A stretch of 64,000 nt of DNA, taken from the IMG/VR virus record IMGVR_UViG_3300024252_000004, positions 62,001 through 126,000 of that record; one strand, 5' to 3'. Of the stretch, positions 63,686-64,000 are shown one piece after another; the first letter of the stretch is position 1, and every line of letters starts with the position of its first letter. The notes beneath the pieces were generated by a model. The model ran no database searches and was not told the origin of the DNA. It saw only the letters and a program-made list of their open reading frames with translations. The position numbers were made by a program, and so were the translations under genes.

Positions 63686-64000
63686 ATGTCAGACTACAGT
63701 ATATATCCAAGCGCGCTTGATGGTTACTTACAATTACCATTAGCAGTAGACGGAACAACCGAAGTTGATGCGGCAAGTGTCAACCGGTTGCGTTCCGCTA
63801 TTGTTAATATTGAAAGTGAGCTTGGCACTGCGCCGAGCGGGGACTATGGGACAGTCTCTTCTCGGCTTTCTACATTTGAAACTCTTATTTTAGATTATGA
63901 TTATCACCTGACAGATGAGAGCAATCCCCATGCAACATCTTTGGCGAATCTGGTTGGTGGCACAATAACAGAACTAAATGATTTATTATCAGATGGCACA
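63686..64000 (+). CDS. 5' part of a second tail-fibre-like protein (runs off window)
   Basis: Hand-translated MSDYSIYPSALDGYLQLPLAVDGTTEVDAASVNRLRSAIVNIESELG...HLTDESNPH; GAGGG RBS. Confidence 0.8.
   Translation, partial: MSDYSIYPSALDGYLQLPLAVDGTTEVDAASVNRLRSAIVNIESELGTAPSGDYGTVSSRLSTFETLILDYDYHLTDESNPHATSLANLVGGTITELNDLLSDGT

Noticed and set aside
1-64000. tRNA, rRNA, CRISPR array, IS/transposase, alternative genetic code
   Set aside because: None recognised. Long ORFs end normally in TAA, TGA and TAG, consistent with code 11.
1-64000. Eukaryotic giant virus (NCLDV) origin suggested by glycan genes, GT29 and tubulin
   Set aside because: Shine-Dalgarno sites, coupled operons, intrinsic terminators, DnaB/DnaC and a peptidoglycan lysozyme indicate a bacterial virus.

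Overview
The window looks like part of a large tailed bacteriophage (jumbo-phage-like) genome rather than a cellular chromosome. Genes are densely packed with Shine-Dalgarno sites and ATGA/TAATG overlaps, and include DnaB/DnaC-like replication genes, UvsW-like and UvrD helicases, intein-containing class II RNR, dUTPase, dCMP deaminase, PhoH, a LysM-lysozyme, tail-fibre-like proteins and a tubulin/FtsZ-family GTPase. About 0-21.7 kb is a glycan-biosynthesis island: KdsA/B/D, NeuB/NeuA, about six KpsS/KpsC-like paralogues, a GT29 sialyltransferase, sulfo- and methyltransferases, Gmd and Ugd, with three more GTs at 30.3-32.9 kb. The most striking unexplained signal is a position-conserved ~24-aa N-terminal leader (M-x3-[IL]-x2-[LW]-x3-L-x3-G-x3-E-[AS]-x2-[ILV]) on four unrelated proteins, including a lysozyme and an R-S-E ADP-ribosyltransferase-like protein; it is a candidate virion-packaging/ejection signal. 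Also notable: a translationally coupled PrkA(YeaG)-YeaH-SpoVR(intein)-diadenylate cyclase operon, and a recurring TA[CT]TA[AT]TA motif about 24-32 nt upstream of virion and glycan genes. All calls come from motif recognition by eye; no searches were run.
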